A program made the translations under genes and the position numbers. This document shows positions 50,672-58,978 of a stretch of 64,000 nucleotides of DNA, piece after piece; within the stretch, counting starts at the first letter, position 1, and the number at the start of each line of letters is the position of its first letter. The notes below the pieces were generated by a model, which saw nothing but the letters and a program-made list of their open reading frames with translations, had not been told where the DNA came from and ran no database searches. The stretch is from Kiritimatiellia bacterium. GTDB taxonomy: Bacteria > Verrucomicrobiota > Kiritimatiellia > RFP12 > UBA1067. Location: assembly GCA_051884805.1 (NCBI GenBank), contig JBJEWA010000135.1, positions 7,464-71,463 of the forward strand, in the 5' to 3' direction.

Positions 50672-52071
50672 CTTTCCGTTCCTCTCGCTTTCACGAATTC
50701 GATGCCCTGTGCCAAAGTGAAGAAGGCGCCGTCCAGCTGCGCCTCGTAGGCGGCCTTCAGGATCTCGCCGAAGCGCGGACCCGGCTTCATCCCGAGGGCG
50801 ATGAGGTCGCGCCCCTGCACGAGCGGCTTCGGCGCCGAATCGGCGATCCGCAGGCGCTCGGCCTGCTCCGCCAGCCAGCGCAGCGGCTCGGGGTCTCGCG
50901 GGAACGGCGGCCGCCCCGCGTCGTCCGCCGCCGCCACGCGGAGCAGGCGGTCGATCCGGCCGACCTGCGCCGCCAGCCGCCGGATGGCGCCGTCCGACGC
51001 GCGGCTCTTCCACATCGCGAACGGACGCATGTGCAGGCGCACCAGCGGCGGCACTTCCCGGAGCAGCCGTTCCTCGTTCGTCAGCCGCCGCAGAAACGCC
51101 TCCGTCGGCGCGACGCCGGCCTCGTCATGGCCCAGCGAACGGATGCGCCTGCGGACCGGATCGTACGCCGTGCAGGCGGGCTTCCCGAAGTCGTGGCAGA
51201 GGACCGCCAGCCCGACGACGAGATCCTCGCCCGCGCGCCCTTCGGCCGTCGCCCGCCGCTCGTCCCGCTCCCGCGCAAAGGCGTCGAGACAGCAGAGGGT
51301 GTGATTCCAGACGTCGCCCTCCGGATGCCATTCGGGATCCTGCCGGCAGCCGATGAGCCGCTCCAGCTCCGGATAGTACCGCACCCAGCCGACGGCCCGC
51401 AGAAACGCGAGTCCCTGCGAAATCTTCACGCCCTGCGTCAGCAGCTTCGACCATTCGCCCATCAGCCGTTCGGGGGCCAGGCCCTCGGGCGTCATCTCGC
51501 GGCAGATCGCCACCGTCTCCGGCGCCGGGGTGAGTTCGAAGCGGGCCACGAACTGCATCCCCCGGAGGACGCGCAGCGGATCTTCGCGGAAATGCGGCGA
51601 GACGTGGCGCAGGATGCGCTTCGCGAGATCGTCCCGTCCGTGCCACGGATCGAGAATCTCGCCCGTCAGCGGATCCTCGTAAATCGCATTGACGGTGAAA
51701 TCGCGCCGGGCGGAGGCTTCGGCAACCGTCAGCGTCGGATCGTGCTCCATCTCGAAGGCACGGTGGCCGAGGCCCAGCTTCGTCTCCCGCCGCGGCAGAG
51801 CGACGTCGATGTCGAGGCGGTGCAGCTTGAGGACGCCGAAGGAAAGCCCGACGAGGTCGAGGTCGAAACGCTCGCCCAGGATTCGCCGCAAGACGGCGCC
51901 GGAGACGCCGAAGCACTCAAGGTCGAAGTCCTTCGGCTCCCGGCCCAGCAGCTTGTCGCGGACGCAGCCGCCGACCAGCAGGGCGCGGCCACCCGCCTGC
52001 CGCACCAGTTCCGCGATCTCCCTGACGGCAGCCGCCGTTCCTGCCGCCAGCCCGGACTCAGGTGGTGCCAT
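50668..52071 (-). CDS. cca: CCA tRNA nucleotidyltransferase with HD domain
   Basis: LVGGCVRDKLLGREPKDFDLE (pol-beta head), RRDFTVNA, EDPLRVLRGMQF and the HD region LCHDFGKP. Confidence 0.85.
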   Translation of the reverse strand: MAPPESGLAAGTAAAVREIAELVRQAGGRALLVGGCVRDKLLGREPKDFDLECFGVSGAVLRRILGERFDLDLVGLSFGVLKLHRLDIDVALPRRETKLGLGHRAFEMEHDPTLTVAEASARRDFTVNAIYEDPLTGEILDPWHGRDDLAKRILRHVSPHFREDPLRVLRGMQFVARFELTPAPETVAICREMTPEGLAPERLMGEWSKLLTQGVKISQGLAFLRAVGWVRYYPELERLIGCRQDPEWHPEGDVWNHTLCCLDAFARERDERRATAEGRAGEDLVVGLAVLCHDFGKPACTAYDPVRRRIRSLGHDEAGVAPTEAFLRRLTNEERLLREVPPLVRLHMRPFAMWKSRASDGAIRRLAAQVGRIDRLLRVAAADDAGRPPFPRDPEPLRWLAEQAERLRIADSAPKPLVQGRDLIALGMKPGPRFGEILKAAYEAQLDGAFFTLAQGIEFVKARGTER

Positions 52072-52849
52072 CGGCCCGCTCCCGGATCCGCAGGGTCTCG
52101 ATCGCCGCCGCCCGCCTCGTCGCCGGATCGAAGTCTATTACCGCGCCTTCGAGGACGCAGGGACCGGTCGCCACCTCGAAGCGCGACGGTATGCCGGTGA
52201 GGAACTTCCTGGTGACCGGCTTCAGGTCGCGGCCGATGGACGAGACGTAGGGGCCGGTCATGCCGAGGTCGGTGAGATAGGCCGTGCCCTTCGGCAGCAC
52301 CTGCGCGTCGGACGTCTGCACGTGCGTGTGCGTGCCGACGAGAGCGGTGACGCGCCCGTCGAGATAGTAGCCGAGCGCGACTTTCTCGCTCGTCGCCTCC
52401 GCATGGAAATCGACGAACACGGGAACGTCCTTCGGAATCTCGTTCAGGACCCGGTCCGCCGCCCTGAACGGACAGTCCACCGGACTCATGAAGACGCGTC
52501 CCTGCACGTTGACGACGGCGAAGCGGAACGTCGGCATCGTGACGAGACACCAGCCGCGGCCGGGACATTCCGACGGATAGTTGGCGGGACGCACCAGCCG
52601 GTCGATGCCGCCGATCTGCCCGGCGAACTCCTTCTGCCCCCAGGTGTGGTCGCCGAGCGTGATCGCATCGGCCCCCGCGTCGAAGATCTCCTTCGCGAGC
52701 GCCGCGGTGATGCCCGAACCGGCCGCACAGTTCTCCGCATTGACGACGACGGCGGCCAGCCCCCGCTCGGCCCTCAGCCGCTTCAGCTCGCGGCGCAGCA
52801 GGTTGCGGCCGGGACTGCCGACCACGTCACCGATCATCAGAATCTTCAT
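52058..52849 (-). CDS. ymdB: YmdB-like metallophosphoesterase (TIGR00282 family)
   Basis: MKILMIGDVVGSPGR..., VVNAENCAAGSGIT, DFHAEATSEK and GTHTHVQTSD are the canonical YmdB motifs. Confidence 0.85.
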   Translation of the reverse strand: MKILMIGDVVGSPGRNLLRRELKRLRAERGLAAVVVNAENCAAGSGITAALAKEIFDAGADAITLGDHTWGQKEFAGQIGGIDRLVRPANYPSECPGRGWCLVTMPTFRFAVVNVQGRVFMSPVDCPFRAADRVLNEIPKDVPVFVDFHAEATSEKVALGYYLDGRVTALVGTHTHVQTSDAQVLPKGTAYLTDLGMTGPYVSSIGRDLKPVTRKFLTGIPSRFEVATGPCVLEGAVIDFDPATRRAAAIETLRIRERADGTT

Positions 52850-53604
52850 TTTCGCTCCCTCAGCCATTTCGCCGCCGCCTCGTCCCCGCGCGCGGCCCGG
52901 CCGCGCATCGCCCACAGGAGCGAAAGCTCCGCGTTCCGCTCGACGCCGTGTCCGAACTGATAGCAGGCAGAGACGTTGTCCATCCCCTCCGGATGCCCGG
53001 CGTCCGCCGCCGCCTTGAAGCAGACGAACGCCAGGCCCATGTCGCGCTTGCAGCCGAAGCCGCGCAGATAGCACGTCCCGAGATTGATGAACCCGTTCGG
53101 ATCGCGCTTGATCGCCGCCTGCCGGAAATACCCGTAACTCTTGCGCAGGAGAGCCTCCAGGGCATTCGACGAAATCTGGCTACGCGCCAGCGCCTCCTGC
53201 GTGACGATGGCGCCGAGTGCGTTCAGCGCCTGCACGTTCCCGCCGTCGGCAGCCTTCTTCAGGCAGGTGAAGTCGTTCTTCTCCAAGGAAAGCAGATACC
53301 ACGCCAGCGGATTGCCGTTCTTCTCCGCCAGCTGGCGGATGCGCTCGCGAGAGGCGTCGAGATACTGCGCGGCAAGTTCCCCGTCCGTGGTCACGCCGAG
53401 CACGAACTGCTGCAGCGGCTTGCCCGCCCGCGCGTCGCGCGCGACGATTTCCCGCGCGGCCTCGAACTTCCGCACGCCGACGGCGTTGCGCGAGTTGAGC
53501 AGGGTCGCGACGGCCTCAGCGGACGACATCTCCGCCGGCAGCCCCCGGACCGCGCACAGGACGCAGAGCACGAGGCACGAAATACGCGGCAGGAGAGACG
53601 TCAT
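52846..53604 (-). CDS. Sel1-like (SLR/TPR) repeat protein, exported
   Basis: Repeats such as GNVQALNALGAI, NGFINLGTCYLRGFGCKRDMGLAFVCFKAAADAGHPEGMDNVSACYQFGHGVERN. Signal/anchor MTSLLPRISCLVLCVLCAV. Confidence 0.75.
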   Translation of the reverse strand: MTSLLPRISCLVLCVLCAVRGLPAEMSSAEAVATLLNSRNAVGVRKFEAAREIVARDARAGKPLQQFVLGVTTDGELAAQYLDASRERIRQLAEKNGNPLAWYLLSLEKNDFTCLKKAADGGNVQALNALGAIVTQEALARSQISSNALEALLRKSYGYFRQAAIKRDPNGFINLGTCYLRGFGCKRDMGLAFVCFKAAADAGHPEGMDNVSACYQFGHGVERNAELSLLWAMRGRAARGDEAAAKWLRERK

Positions 53605-54032
53605 AGGTACGGGCGGTAGGTGTTGGTCAGCGCCTTCCAGTTCTTCTTCCGCGCGCAAATCGTCAGGGTCCGGCCACGACAGCCGAACAGCCACCACGGC
53701 GGACGCTCCACGTCCACGATGTCGAATCCGTAGCGGACGGTCTTGTAGATGTCGGGCAGCGCAAAGCCCTCCTGCTTGCCCGTCTTCTCCGGCACGACGA
53801 AAAACAGATGCCCTTCCGGGCGCAGCACGCGATGCGCCTCCCTGATCGTCACGGGCGAGACTACGGCACCGTCCATCATGACCACGTTGAACTGCGCATC
53901 CTCGTAGGGAAACTCCGGCATGGCCGCAATCGAACGCGCGTCCCGGCCGCGATAGCCCGCAAAGGCCTTCGGGAGCCCGCCTTCGGGGAACCCGACCTCA
54001 AGGCTCGTGCGAATGTCGGTCAGCGGAGGCAT
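53601..54032 (-). CDS. 143-aa protein resembling only the C-terminal half of a class I SAM methyltransferase
   Basis: FPYEDAQFNVVMMDGAVV...IREAHRVLRPEGHLFFVVPEK resembles MTase post-I motifs, but no GxGxG motif is present in frame. ATGA overlap with the downstream gene. Confidence 0.5.
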   Translation of the reverse strand: MPPLTDIRTSLEVGFPEGGLPKAFAGYRGRDARSIAAMPEFPYEDAQFNVVMMDGAVVSPVTIREAHRVLRPEGHLFFVVPEKTGKQEGFALPDIYKTVRYGFDIVDVERPPWWLFGCRGRTLTICARKKNWKALTNTYRPYL

Positions 54033-55252
54033 AGCTCCTGCTCTTCGCGGGTCTCCATGTCCTTCATCCGCGCAACGCCCCGCTCGACGTCGTCCGGACC
54101 GAGAAACACCGCCCGGGCCGCACAGGACTGGTCGGCGTGGGAAAAGAACTTCTTCGGCTTCTGCGCCCTGAGCGCCAGATCGACCCGCTCCCCCTCCGCC
54201 CGCAGCCGGGCCGCGAGCCGCAGCGCCGCGTCGCGCTGCTCCGGGAACATGAACCCGACCGCCACGCCCCGCTTCGCCCGAACGGCGTCCGCGCCCAGCC
54301 GAGCCTTCAGCAGTTCGGTGACGACGACGTCGCCGAAGCCCAGCCCCACGGCCGTCGCAGGCTCGCCGCCGATCGTCGTCAGCAGGTTGTCGTAGCGGCC
54401 GCCGCCGAAGATGGCGCGGAACTCGCCGGCCGTGTCGAAGCATTCGAAGACGATGCCCGTATAATAGCTCAAGCCGCGGATGACCGAAATGTCGAACTGG
54501 AGCGCGTCGGCAAAGCCGGCGATCTCCGCCAGGCGGAAGAGCTCCACCAGCTCGGCGCTGCCCTCGTAGGACCGGGTGTCCATGATCCGGAACGTCGCCT
54601 CGACGTCGGCGTCGGAGAGGCCCCCGTCCTTCAGCATCGCAGCGATCTCGTCATCGGGCATCTTGCCGCGCTTGTCGAGCGCAAGGAAGACCTGCGCGTG
54701 CTTGTCGGCGGCGATGCCGCTCTTCGCCAGCAGTTCGCCGAGGAAGCGGCGGGACGAGACGCGCACCTTGAAGTCCTGCGTCGACAGGCCCATCCGGCGG
54801 AGCGCGTCGACGGCCGCGCCGATGACCTCGACCTCGGCGAGGACAGACTCCTCGCCGATGATGTCGACGTTCCACTGGTAGTGTTCGCGCTTGCGGCCCT
54901 TGGTCATGCGCTCGTAGCGGAAGCACTGCGCGATGGTCGTCCACTTGAGCGGGAACGACAGCTCCTTCTGGCGCTGCGCCACCATGCGCGCCAAGGTCGG
55001 CGTCATCTCCGCACGCAGCGCGAGATGGCGGTCGGACTTGTCCTGGAAATGGTAGATCTGCTCGCCGACTTCCTCGCCGGCCTTGCGCGCCAGCAGCTCG
55101 TAGCTCTCCACCACGCACGCATCGTACGGCTCGAAGCCGGCGGCTTCGCCCGCCGCCCGGAAAGCGTCGAACACGCGATTGCGCCACACCATGTCCCCGG
55201 GATAGAAATCCCGCATGCCGCGCGGCGCCTCAAAGCTCAATTTCCCTGCCAT
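54020..55252 (-). CDS. hisS: histidine--tRNA ligase
   Basis: PRGMRDFYP, LALRAEMTPTLARM, CFRYERMTKGRKREHYQWNVDIIG and GGGRYDNL are class II HisRS motifs. Confidence 0.95.
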   Translation of the reverse strand: MAGKLSFEAPRGMRDFYPGDMVWRNRVFDAFRAAGEAAGFEPYDACVVESYELLARKAGEEVGEQIYHFQDKSDRHLALRAEMTPTLARMVAQRQKELSFPLKWTTIAQCFRYERMTKGRKREHYQWNVDIIGEESVLAEVEVIGAAVDALRRMGLSTQDFKVRVSSRRFLGELLAKSGIAADKHAQVFLALDKRGKMPDDEIAAMLKDGGLSDADVEATFRIMDTRSYEGSAELVELFRLAEIAGFADALQFDISVIRGLSYYTGIVFECFDTAGEFRAIFGGGRYDNLLTTIGGEPATAVGLGFGDVVVTELLKARLGADAVRAKRGVAVGFMFPEQRDAALRLAARLRAEGERVDLALRAQKPKKFFSHADQSCAARAVFLGPDDVERGVARMKDMETREEQELCLR

Positions 55253-55262
55253 AACGGTTCAC

Positions 55263-55271
55263 ATTATAACA
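55263..55271 (-). promoter_or_regulatory. extended -10 box TGtTATAAT, 10 nt upstream of the hisS ATG
   Basis: The minus strand reads TGTTATAAT-gtgaaccgtt-ATG(55252). Confidence 0.4.
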
Positions 55272-55294
55272 CAATGCGCCCCTGACGGCTACAA

Positions 55295-55690
55295 GCCAAG
55301 TACCCAGTGGCTGTTACCTCGCCCCGCAGCGAGGGCGCTGCGGGTACTCTGCTGGCCAACCCAACCCGCGCCCAGCATAGTACCCGGCGTGACCTCACGC
55401 CGTGGCGTTGCCAAGCCCAGCGAAGCCCACTGTTACCACGCCACGCAGCGAGGGCGCTGCGGGTACTCTGCTGGCCAGCCCCACTCTCACAGCATAGTAC
55501 CCGGCGTGACCTCACGCCTGGGCGGGGCCAAGCATAGTACCCGGCGTGACCCCACGCCGGGGCGCTGCCAAGCCCAGCGAAGCCCACTGTTACCGCGCCC
55601 CGCAGCGAGGGCGCTGCGGGTACTCTGCTGACCAGCCTAACCCGCGCCCAGCCCAGTACCCGGCGTGACCTCACGCCGGGGCGTTGCCAA
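55295..55690. repeat. REP/BIME-like mosaic: 3 copies of hairpin unit A (~48 bp) and 4 copies of hairpin unit B (~24 bp) in a ~118-156-bp super-repeat
   Basis: Unit A (CTGTTACCnCGCCnCGCAGCGAGGGCGCTGCGGGTACTCTGCTGrCCA) is at 55311-58, 55430-77 and 55587-634. Unit B (AGTACCCGGCGTGACCyCACGCCG) is at 55379-402, 55496-518, 55536-560 and 55655-679. Confidence 0.85.
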
Positions 55691-55742
55691 ACGAATCCCC
55701 CGTTACCGCAGAACCCCGTTGCCGCGCCACTCGCGGGGTGCG

Positions 55743-58079
55743 CTACAACACGCGCACAGTCGTGCCTTCGGGGGCGCCCTTCAGCGCACGCGCCGTCTCG
55801 CTCCACTCGAGCTTCGTGGTCGTGAAGACCCCCTGCTCGTAATCGTAGGTTTCGCCGTCGTCATCGTAGACGGTGAACGCGCAATCGTCGCCCGGAGCGA
55901 CGACGACTTCCAGCGGCAGCCCGCGCTGGGCGGCGGAGTACTGCACGACGGGACCCCTGACGACGATGGAGCCGGCCCGCTGGAAGACGGGAATCGAATC
56001 AAGCGGCGCGGGGGCGTCGACAGTCGTACCCGCCGCATGCTTCGCACCCGTGCGCGTGTCGTACCAGACGCCGTTCGCGCCGTTCGGAAGCGTAAATTTC
56101 GGCAAGTACACGCGGCGGCTCGAAACGCCAGGATCGGTCACGGGCGCGACGAGCAGCGCGGGGCCAAACATATATTCGTCCTTGACGTCGCGTGCGGCAA
56201 GATCGTCCGGGAAGTCGAACGCCAGCAGCCGCGCCATCGTGTAGTGCTCGCGCGTGACCATCGCCGCCACCGAGTAGATGTACGGGAGCAGTTCGTAGCG
56301 CCCGCGGATCGCCTTTTCGATCGCATCGAAATACGGCGTGCCGCGCTCGCCGAAGTGCCAGATCTCGCGCGGCGTGTCGGTGCCGTGGCTGCGCATCATC
56401 GGCAGATACGCCGCCCACTGGAGCATACGCGTGTAGTATTCGCGATACGCGGGATCCTTGACGCCGTCCTTGAACTTGCCCTGCCAGAACCACTGCTTGC
56501 GCTCGCCCACGAAGAAGCAGCCCGCGTCCACGGTCCAGTAGGGGCAGCCGGTCGCCATGAAGTTGAGGCCAGAGGGAATCTGCCGCTTGAACGACGCCCA
56601 GTCCGCCGCCGTGTCGCCGTTCCAGGTAAACGTCGAATACCGCTGCTGCCCGGCGTAGCTCGACCGCGTCAGGTTGAGGACGCGCTTGCGGTCCGTCGCC
56701 GCCCGCTGGTGTTCGTAGATGCCTTGGGCGTGATAGAGCGAGTAGAGCGAGCTGCGCTCGACGCCGAGCGTGTCCGCAAGCAGTTCGGAATTCTGCTCCC
56801 AGCGCTCCTTTGCGGAGTCCATGCCATAGCCCTTGGGCATATCCTTCCAGTCCGCGTCGTTGGGCTCGGAGCAATCGCACCACCACGCGTCGAAGCCGTT
56901 GGCGAAGAACTCGTCGTTCGCGTACTTCCAGTAGAGGCTGCGCGCATCGGGATTGAAGGCGTTGTAGAAGTCGAACGGCAGCATCCAGCCGCGCCGGCGG
57001 AAATCGTCCGCCTCGGGGCATTTCTGCGGATTCGGCCAGATGCTGACCATGAGCTTCGCGTTCAGGTCGTGCACGCCCCGGGCGAGCGCGGCGCAGTCGG
57101 GATAGCGCTTGGGATTCATCTTCATGTAGCCCCAGCCCTGCGGCCAGTAGTTCCAGTCCTGCACAATCACGTCGAGCGGCACCCCGAGCTCGCGGTAGCG
57201 CTTCAGGGTCTTCAGGATGTCGTCGCTGGAGCGATAGCGCTCCTTCGACTGCACGTAGCCGAACGCATAGCGCGGCATCATCGGACACGCCCCCGTCAGC
57301 TCGCGGTACTTCGCGATCACGCCGTCGAGGTTCCCGCCGTAGAGGAAGTAGTAGTCGAGCTCCTTCGCGGCCGAGACCTCGAAGAGGCCCGCGCCGTCGC
57401 GGTCGTCGAAGCGCATCGCCGAACCCGCGTCGAAGAGCAGCCCGTAGCCGGCGGTCGAGACGAGCACCGGCACCATTGCCTTCAGGTTGTGCTGCGTCAG
57501 GAACTGCTCCTTGCCGCGCAGGTCGAGGTAGTCCTCGATGTGCTGCCCGAGCCCGTACAGCGCCTCGCCCTGCTGCCAGTCGAAACGGACCTGATAGCGC
57601 GTCGATTTCTCGCCCGGCTTGCGCGACTTGACGTCCTTGACGATCACGTCGCCGTTCGCCGTATGGACGGTGCGCGCCGACTGCTCGTCGTAGACGATCT
57701 TCTCGGTGGTGATCGGCTCGCCGGCGTGCGGCGCCGTCGCCGACTCCGCGAGCAAGACGCGGCCCGAAGCGGCCTCGGAGAAGACGACGCGCCCCGTGGC
57801 CGCGTCAATCGTGACCGTGAGTCCGCCGCCGGAAAGCACGACGGTCGTGCCCTTGCGCCCGGTCGTGACCGCATCCGACCGGTCGGCGCCACGGCGCGAG
57901 GGCAACACCACCCCCGTCGCGTTGTCCTGCAACTTGTCGCCCAGCGCGAACTGGACGCGGACGATGCCGTCGGCGACAAAGTCGCAGGCAAGGCGGTTGC
58001 CGTTTACCGAACCTTCCCAGGCGAAGGCGGACAGGAAGGAGGCGGCGGACAGGACAAGGAGAGAATGCTTCAGTTTCAT
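55743..58079 (-). CDS. glycoside hydrolase family 31 (alpha-xylosidase/alpha-glucosidase type), secreted
   Basis: …MMPRYAFGYVQSKERY…GVPLDVIVQDWNYW…GFDAWWCDCSEP… match GH31. Start reset to MKLKHSLLVLSAASFLSAFA because TATAAT overlaps the ORF-track ATG at 58088. Confidence 0.88.
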   Translation of the reverse strand: MKLKHSLLVLSAASFLSAFAWEGSVNGNRLACDFVADGIVRVQFALGDKLQDNATGVVLPSRRGADRSDAVTTGRKGTTVVLSGGGLTVTIDAATGRVVFSEAASGRVLLAESATAPHAGEPITTEKIVYDEQSARTVHTANGDVIVKDVKSRKPGEKSTRYQVRFDWQQGEALYGLGQHIEDYLDLRGKEQFLTQHNLKAMVPVLVSTAGYGLLFDAGSAMRFDDRDGAGLFEVSAAKELDYYFLYGGNLDGVIAKYRELTGACPMMPRYAFGYVQSKERYRSSDDILKTLKRYRELGVPLDVIVQDWNYWPQGWGYMKMNPKRYPDCAALARGVHDLNAKLMVSIWPNPQKCPEADDFRRRGWMLPFDFYNAFNPDARSLYWKYANDEFFANGFDAWWCDCSEPNDADWKDMPKGYGMDSAKERWEQNSELLADTLGVERSSLYSLYHAQGIYEHQRAATDRKRVLNLTRSSYAGQQRYSTFTWNGDTAADWASFKRQIPSGLNFMATGCPYWTVDAGCFFVGERKQWFWQGKFKDGVKDPAYREYYTRMLQWAAYLPMMRSHGTDTPREIWHFGERGTPYFDAIEKAIRGRYELLPYIYSVAAMVTREHYTMARLLAFDFPDDLAARDVKDEYMFGPALLVAPVTDPGVSSRRVYLPKFTLPNGANGVWYDTRTGAKHAAGTTVDAPAPLDSIPVFQRAGSIVVRGPVVQYSAAQRGLPLEVVVAPGDDCAFTVYDDDGETYDYEQGVFTTTKLEWSETARALKGAPEGTTVRVL

Positions 58080-58086
58080 TGGCGGC

Positions 58087-58095
58087 ATTATAACA
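58087..58095 (-). promoter_or_regulatory. extended -10 box TGtTATAAT, 7 nt upstream of ATG 58079 (leaderless candidate)
   Basis: The minus strand reads TGTTATAAT-gccgcca-ATG(58079). Confidence 0.4.
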
Positions 58096-58156
58096 AGAAG
58101 CCGCCGCCCAAGTCATGCCCCTAATGTGTGAGAGGCGCCGCCCCGGCGCGGGGGCG

Positions 58157-58978
58157 CTACTTCGCCCGCCGCTCAAGCTCGGCGTAGAACTCGGCGTACT
58201 TCCTCTTGTCACGCGGGAAGGACTTGAAGTGGAGGCCGAGGAAGTGGTAGGCGCGCTTGCCGTCGATGTCCGCCAAGGTACGGACGGCGCCCATCATCCG
58301 CGCCATGCCGCGGCCCATGGCATCGAGAATCTGCTGGGCCTCTGCGGCCCGCTCCTGGGCGGCGGCGTCCGCAGTCGCCCGGCGGCCGGCCGCGGCGTCC
58401 TTCGCCAGCTGGGCTTCGAGCTGCGCCAGATTCCGGCCATAGACCAGCTGCTCCCTGAGCGTCCGGTAATGGACGAAGGTCACGCCCTCCGTCAGGCTCG
58501 GCGGCTCGCCGACGCGAGCGAGCGTCGCGGCGAGCGCCTGTTCGAGATCGCGCTGCGAGGCCGCATCGCGCGACTGCCAGATCTGGCGTCCGTACTCGTC
58601 GAGAAAGTACATCGCGTTCGCCGGCTTGCCGTAGGTGTACGGTACGCTCTCGCCCCCGTATACGGGGAAGGTGAGCTTATGCCGGCGCAGCAGCTCCACG
58701 TCGCACGTCCGGTCGAGGCTCGCGCCGACAACCGCGAACTTCGTCCGGTCATTGGCTTCGAGCAGCTCCTGCGCACGGGCGAGGTGCGAGACGTCGCGCT
58801 CCTGCGCCGACAGGCAGCAGACAAGCACGACCTTGCCGATCAGGTCGCGTTCGCGGACGGCATCGCCGGCCAGCGGACCCGATTCCTTGTCGAGGCCCTG
58901 CCAGATCCAGGCGTTGGCCGCGGGCGCGGCAAGCGCGAGGAGCAGCGCGACGCCAGGCTGCAGCCAACGCCTCCTCAT
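58157..58978 (-). CDS. 273-aa exported hypothetical protein
   Basis: Start MRRRWLQPGVALLLALAAPAANA. ATGA overlap with the upstream gene. No family recognised. Confidence 0.55.
   Translation of the reverse strand: MRRRWLQPGVALLLALAAPAANAWIWQGLDKESGPLAGDAVRERDLIGKVVLVCCLSAQERDVSHLARAQELLEANDRTKFAVVGASLDRTCDVELLRRHKLTFPVYGGESVPYTYGKPANAMYFLDEYGRQIWQSRDAASQRDLEQALAATLARVGEPPSLTEGVTFVHYRTLREQLVYGRNLAQLEAQLAKDAAAGRRATADAAAQERAAEAQQILDAMGRGMARMMGAVRTLADIDGKRAYHFLGLHFKSFPRDKRKYAEFYAELERRAK

Noticed and set aside
55295-55690. Possible CRISPR array, since ~40-bp palindromic repeats recur at regular spacing.
   Set aside because: The sequences between the repeats are themselves repeated (unit B plus conserved linkers), so there are no unique spacers. 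No cas genes are present in the window. The array fits a REP/BIME-like mosaic better.
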